A stretch of DNA of 64,000 nucleotides from Candidatus Entotheonellaceae bacterium (GTDB lineage: Bacteria > Tectomicrobia > Entotheonellia > Entotheonellales > Entotheonellaceae), in contig OZ250173.1 in assembly GCA_965238075.1 (NCBI GenBank), positions 96,001 through 160,000 on the forward strand, in the 5' to 3' direction. The notes below the pieces were generated by a model that saw only the letters and a program-made list of their open reading frames with translations, ran no database searches and was not told the DNA's origin. Every line of letters begins with the position of its first letter. Positions within the stretch are counted from its first letter, which is position 1. Shown here piece after piece: positions 59,330-64,000 of this stretch. Both the position numbers and the translations under genes were made by a program.

Positions 59330-60673
59330 TTACGCCTCGTAGATGGCCTTCAGTTCCCTTTCGGCCGATTCAATGACGCTCTGGGTCGAGTCGCCCCGTA
59401 CCGCCTTGGCGAACAGGTCGACGATGATGTACTTGGCGGCTGCCTCGGAAGACTGGCGGTTGTACGGCCCGGCGTATCCGTGGTTGCGCCCGTACTGCGG
59501 CAGCTCGCGGTAGATGGTGACGGCCGGGTCCTCCTCCCACATCGGGTGTTCCTGCCACTTGGGCAGCGGGCCGTTGATGTAGCCCTTGTTGATGACCAGG
59601 AACTTCTCGAAGTTGTCGTCCTGGTGAACGAAGCGGATGTAGTCGCGCGCCGCCTCCTTGTTGGGCGAGTAGCGGGCGATGCAATTGGAGGCCGGTCCGA
59701 CGTCGTGATAGCGTCCGTGCGGGCCTTCGGGAATCAGGAAGTGGCCCAGCCGGTCGGCGAAACCGGGGGCGACCTTGCGGGGGTCGTTGCGGGCGACAAA
59801 ATAAATGCTGGCGCCGTTCAGGGTGACGGCGATGGTTTCCGCCAGGAAGGCGCGGTTGTTGCTGGTGCCGTCCCACGCCAAGCCGCCTTCGTCGCAGGCG
59901 GCGGACCAGAACTCCTTGAGGAAATCAACCGCGTTGGCCGTCTCCCGGCTATTCAGGGCTACCCGCCCGTCCTCGTCCACTTCCTTACCGCCGAAGCACC
60001 ACAACAGGGTATAGGCGAAACCGGGGGCGTCCCCAAAGGTGTGAGCGAGGCTTTGCCCGACCGGCATGCCGATGTGTTTCAATTTCTTGCCGGCTTCCAG
60101 GTACTCGTCCCAGGTTTCGGGCGGACGGGCGATGCCGACTTCCTCGAAGATGTCCTTGCGGTAAACGTTGGCGCCGCCGCCGAAGAAGTTGGGCACGCCG
60201 CGATGCACGCCCTTCACGTCGCGCACGGCCTCGCGGATGAACGGGTAAATCACGTCGCCGCCGAGCTCTGCGATGAGGCCGTCGTGGTCATCGAGCCCCG
60301 CCGCGTAAAGCAGCGGGTAGTTGCCGAACAACTGGATGATATCCGGGCCCGTGCCGCCCTCGATCGCCGCCGTGGCCCTGGCCGGCAGGTCGTTGGCGTT
60401 GATGTGCTCGACGGTCACCTTCACGCCCGCCTGCTTGCCGAATTCCGCTGCCTGCCGATCCCGCTCGACGTCGGCCGGCGCGACGAAACTACTCCACTCC
60501 AGGACGTGCAGCGTTCGCTCCCGCGCAAAAGCCGGTGCCCGGCCCGCCAGCCGGTTCGTGCCGGCGACCGCCGCCAAGACCGCTCCGACCTTGCCCGTAT
60601 AGCTCAGAAAATCCCGCCGCCGCATCCGCCCGGGGATCGATTCACCCCGTTGCCGCCCTGCTTCGTGTACCAT
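59330..60673 (-). CDS. Tat-exported extracellular solute-binding protein, paralog of 17385-18737
   Basis: RRRDFL, LEWSSFVAP, PETWDE, WDGTSNN; GGAGG RBS. Confidence 0.88.
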   Translation of the reverse strand: MVHEAGRQRGESIPGRMRRRDFLSYTGKVGAVLAAVAGTNRLAGRAPAFARERTLHVLEWSSFVAPADVERDRQAAEFGKQAGVKVTVEHINANDLPARATAAIEGGTGPDIIQLFGNYPLLYAAGLDDHDGLIAELGGDVIYPFIREAVRDVKGVHRGVPNFFGGGANVYRKDIFEEVGIARPPETWDEYLEAGKKLKHIGMPVGQSLAHTFGDAPGFAYTLLWCFGGKEVDEDGRVALNSRETANAVDFLKEFWSAACDEGGLAWDGTSNNRAFLAETIAVTLNGASIYFVARNDPRKVAPGFADRLGHFLIPEGPHGRYHDVGPASNCIARYSPNKEAARDYIRFVHQDDNFEKFLVINKGYINGPLPKWQEHPMWEEDPAVTIYRELPQYGRNHGYAGPYNRQSSEAAAKYIIVDLFAKAVRGDSTQSVIESAERELKAIYEA

Positions 60674-60865
60674 GACTTACCTCCATAAGGCGCTCTCGCG
60701 CCTGACTATCGTGTCTGCCCATTGCCATCGGTGAGCGGTCTAATATTGTGTTTTCTCCTGCGCTGTCAAGTCGATGCACGCTCCTGGAGCAGGGTAAGCG
60801 CAGATTGGGTAGATCGGATTAGAGCATTTTTGGTTCTTATTGGATCTCTCAATGCTCCAAAGGAG

Positions 60866-60937
60866 GTCATTCCGGGCTTGACCCGGAATCCAGCGGCCCC
60901 CCGAAAACCTCTGGACTCCGGCTTTCGCCGGAGTGAC
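60866..60937. repeat. REP-like palindromic dimer (GTCATTCC.../dRS3-like)
   Basis: GTCATTCCGGGCTTGACCCGGAATCCAG ... CTGGACTCCGGCTTTCGCCGGAGTGAC. Confidence 0.8.
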
Positions 60938-61421
60938 ATGGACATAATGTCAAGCCATTATGGTCCGAAAGTTCTCTAGCCCCAGGCATAATCCGATCTA
61001 CAATTTGATCGGCAGGAAACGGAATGAGTGGAGCTACAGGGAGCGGAGGAACTGCAGCACGGCTTTGTTTTCTCGTAAGAAGCGATGCGTCATCTGGCAT
61101 ATTTTCACTCGTTTTCTTGACGGGAGGAAGCTGCGCAGCCCGAAGGTAAGCCGTCCAACGGACGTTGGGAGGCAAGCGGTCTCACAACCCCGGTTCCACG
61201 CTCAACAAGGTGAGTCCGTCTCAACTAATTGGGGCCTAGTCACACGTAATGTGGGCCGAAGGGAAATTGCAGCCAGATAATCTGGACCGAAAACGGAGAT
61301 GGTTACTCAAGTCGATACAGATAGGGTCAAGTTTCGTTTCCGACAAGGGGTGCTCTATGATCGGCGACCCGGCCTAATCAAAGATGGCAATCGGATCAAC
61401 ACCGAGGATAAGGAGAGCGGA

Positions 61422-61477
61422 ATGGGCCGGCTTGATGGCAAGGTCGCATTGATTAGTGGCGGCGTGTGCGGGCAGGC
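61422..61477 (+). pseudogene. N-terminal stub of a short-chain dehydrogenase
   Basis: AGGAG RBS + MGRLDGKVALISGG..GQ, then abrupt switch to antisense pRiA4b sequence. Confidence 0.7.
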
Positions 61478-61851
61478 CCCGGAGCCGCCGGTGCAGACGG
61501 GGTACGTTTTCTTCGGGTTCCGCTCCAGGAATTTCTCAAGACGGACCTCGTGCTCCCAGTAGTCGCCCATGTCGTAGAGGTAAGCGAAACGGTCATTGGC
61601 GCGAAATCGGAATTGCGAAAAGGCAATGTCCGGGTTTTGGGTAGACAACTCGAAGGAGCCGTAGTGCACGGCATGAATGTCGAAGTAGTAGAGATGAATG
61701 CCCCCCAGTCCATGCCCACCTGCAAGATGCCGTGCAACTCGCGCAGCGACACGGATGCAGGCAGCAGCACGCGCCGCCAGATCAAGGGGCTGATGTCCAG
61801 CAATCGGACCTTAAGTTGAACAATGCTCGTGGATTCTTCCGGTTTGGTCAT
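61470..61851 (-). pseudogene. Plasmid pRiA4b ORF-3 (TnpR-like) family protein, frameshifted and truncated
   Basis: QLKV.L..ISP.IWRR, LHGILQ..MDW, HLY.F, YLYDMGDYWEH, YPVC.GG.GACP; frameshift in the G run ~61703. Confidence 0.85.
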
Positions 61852-61857
61852 GGGGAC

Positions 61858-61911
61858 CTTATGCCATCACCTGCACGAATCCGCAATTGCCCCACATTTT
61901 TTGGCACTCCC
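61858..61911 (-). mobile_element. IS end preceding the pRiA4b gene
   Basis: GGGAGTGCCAAAAAATGTGGGGCAATTGCGGATTCGTGCAGGTGATGGCATAAG on the minus strand, near-identical to 51655-51708. Confidence 0.75.
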
Positions 61912-62038
61912 CTTCTGGGGGAACCTGTGCGGCCCGCTGTTTGCCGCGGAGATCAGGAAGCAGCGCATCGCCCGGCGTGGCTGCTCGAACCGGCGCTGGC
62001 GGGCGCCATGATGTGTCCCGCGCGATCCGGCTTGCCAA

Positions 62039-63550
62039 CTACGTGCGGAACAGGTCGCGCGACACGCCCGTGGTCTCGAACAGGTAATCGCGCGATGCCT
62101 CCAGTTCGCGCCGCAGCCTGGGAAGATCGGCGCCGAGAAGCGCGCCACGCCACTTCCTGATCTTGCCGGCTACGATGACGGTGTCGACATTGCTGCGCTC
62201 CATCAGCGTGACTACCGCGCCAGGCACGTGGTTGAGCGGGGCGACGTTGATGGCGTTCGCATCCAGAAGGACGATGTCGGCCTCCTTGCCCGGCGTCAGC
62301 GAGCCCACCTTGCCCTCCAGGCCCAGCGCCTTCGCTCCGTTCACGGTAGCGTAGTCAATGACGTCGCGCGACGTCAGAAGTTCGGGCAGATCCTTTTCGC
62401 CGGCAAGCGCCCGCTCGTTCACCAGCATACGTTGCAACGTCATCATGCCGCGCATCTGGGTGAAGAAATCGGCCGTCATGGTGCATTCGACATCGCTGCT
62501 GAGCGAAGGCTCGATCCCCAGCTCCATTGCTTTCAGGATCGGCGGCATGCCGTGGCGCATGGTCATCTCGATGGGCACCGCGATCGATACCTGTACACCC
62601 TTGTCGGCGACCGCCCGCCAGGCGCTGTCGGGCATCCCGGTCATGTGGATGAAGATGTTGCGCGGACCGATCATGTCCTGCTCGATCAGCCGGGCGAATT
62701 GCTTGGGAATGCCGAAATTCCCGAGCACGTGCGCGGCGATCGGCAAATCCAGTTCGCGGCCAATTTGCCATGCCGCGTCGTAACCGGGCAAATAGATCTC
62801 GCCGCCCATCACCATGGTCAAGAGTTGGTCGGCCGAGGCGAAATATTGGGACCGGATGCGTTTGGCGTCTTGCGGGTATCTGGTCCGGTCGCCATGCCCC
62901 TCGAAATAACCCAGTACGGCGCGGCGGCCGGAATCCCTGAGCCCGCCGATCGCCGAATCCGTGTGCGCCGGCGAGTGGTGGATCTGGGAGATATCGAGCA
63001 CCGTTGTCACGCCGGCGTCGAGCTGGCTCAGCGAGCCAAACAGCTCGGAGATGTAGACGTCCTCCGGCCGATAGGCGCCGGCGAACTTGCCCAGAATGAA
63101 ATCGAAATAGTTCACCTTGCCGTGCGGTAGGCCGTCATTGAACAACAGACCGTCCGCAAGGAAGCCACGCAACGCGGTCTCGAACTGGTGGTGGTGGGTA
63201 TCGATGAAGCCCGGCATGACGATCATGCCGTCGGCCTCGATCGCATCGGCGCCGCCGGTGTCGAGGTTGGGCCCCACCGCAGCAATCTTTCTGCCGTCGA
63301 CCAGCACGTCGTCGGCGGCGAAATCGCCGACACCGGAATCCATGGACAGCACCGCGCCGCCGCGGATGACGTAACGCCGGCCGGCAGCCCCGGTGTCCGG
63401 CGGCAGGGCCACGCCCTGCGCCCGGGCTGGCCGCGGGCCCAGAAGCACCGCGCCAATGGCGACGCCTCCGGTCGCCGCGGCGGTCATGAAGAAGTTGCGC
63501 CGTGACAGGCGCTGGACCTGCGGGTATCCGGCATCACACAGTTGGCACAT
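62039..63550 (-). CDS. Tat-exported metal-dependent amidohydrolase (MTA/SAH-deaminase-like)
   Basis: SRRNFF Tat motif, MPGFIDTHHH, AGVTT, AAH, IH, SSD, GSLTPGKEAD; AGGGAG RBS before ATG 63550. Confidence 0.88.
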   Translation of the reverse strand: MCQLCDAGYPQVQRLSRRNFFMTAAATGGVAIGAVLLGPRPARAQGVALPPDTGAAGRRYVIRGGAVLSMDSGVGDFAADDVLVDGRKIAAVGPNLDTGGADAIEADGMIVMPGFIDTHHHQFETALRGFLADGLLFNDGLPHGKVNYFDFILGKFAGAYRPEDVYISELFGSLSQLDAGVTTVLDISQIHHSPAHTDSAIGGLRDSGRRAVLGYFEGHGDRTRYPQDAKRIRSQYFASADQLLTMVMGGEIYLPGYDAAWQIGRELDLPIAAHVLGNFGIPKQFARLIEQDMIGPRNIFIHMTGMPDSAWRAVADKGVQVSIAVPIEMTMRHGMPPILKAMELGIEPSLSSDVECTMTADFFTQMRGMMTLQRMLVNERALAGEKDLPELLTSRDVIDYATVNGAKALGLEGKVGSLTPGKEADIVLLDANAINVAPLNHVPGAVVTLMERSNVDTVIVAGKIRKWRGALLGADLPRLRRELEASRDYLFETTGVSRDLFRT

Positions 63551-63567
63551 TCTCTTCTCCCTGTTGA

Positions 63568-63650
63568 TGAGATCATCATTGCTCATGGACGCGATGGATT
63601 ACAGTGTCATGTAACGGGTTCTGTGGACTGCCCACTCGTCGTTCTGTTCG
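63568..63650 (-). mobile_element. IS256-family transposase C-terminal fragment
   Basis: EQNDEWAVHRTRYMTL*SIASMSND resembles the EQNDEWAVQRARYMTLETIA tail of IS256 transposases. Confidence 0.65.
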
Positions 63651-64000
63651 ACATCCTGCCCCATTCCATGGTCGGGTTCGTCAAGACCTATAACAGGCCC
63701 CGAATAGCGGGGAGCCTCGATACGTAAGCGGCTGGGTTCTTCAGACATCGACTTCATTCCTTCTGCATAACGTTCCGCGGAGCGCGTGACAATACAAAAA
63801 TACTGGAAATGTGCCAGAATTTCTGTGTTGATGGCAGCAGAGGATGAAGTCAACCGAAAGGTCACATAAACAAACTGAGGAACAAGACCGATGATATTGA
63901 CACTACCTTGCCGGGCCGACCACGTGGGCAGTTTATTGCGGCCATCCCGGTTGAAATCGGCTCGCGCCGACTTTGAACACGGCAGAATAGATGCGGATGC

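Noticed and set aside
61195-61245. IS3-like right end (CTCAACTAATTGGGGCCTAGTCA)
   Set aside because: Only a vague resemblance; no partner end or recognisable transposase frame.

Overview
GC-rich bacterial chromosome segment from a Gram-negative (TamA/TamB present). The gene style, with orphan Tat-exported solute-binding proteins and many ABC systems, is reminiscent of Tectomicrobia/Entotheonella-like symbionts, but that is inference only. The first ~51.5 kb is mostly intact metabolism and transport: a stand-alone homocysteine methyltransferase domain, a His-rich metal-handling operon, amidase, Zn-ADH, NodIJ-like exporter, an IS5-disrupted wecA/mraY-like pseudogene, menF-D-H-C, a Fur-rubrerythrin fusion regulator divergent from an Fe3+ ABC transporter, yejBEFA plus a HugZ-like gene, qNor, tamAB and a DSD1-family PLP enzyme. 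The last ~12.5 kb is a decaying mobile region: MITEs, a plasmid-type par cassette, three remnants of one DDE IS, an intact ISAs1, GH15/GT4 cargo, a pRiA4b-ORF3 remnant and an IS256 fragment. The best candidate for an undescribed system is the Fur + di-iron ferritin-like fusion with two matching operator boxes, one at the iron transporter and one at a small XRE regulator. Second is the SBP/DUF4198/MacB-type metal operon. No rRNA, tRNA or CRISPR array was seen. All calls are from motif recognition by eye, with no database searches.
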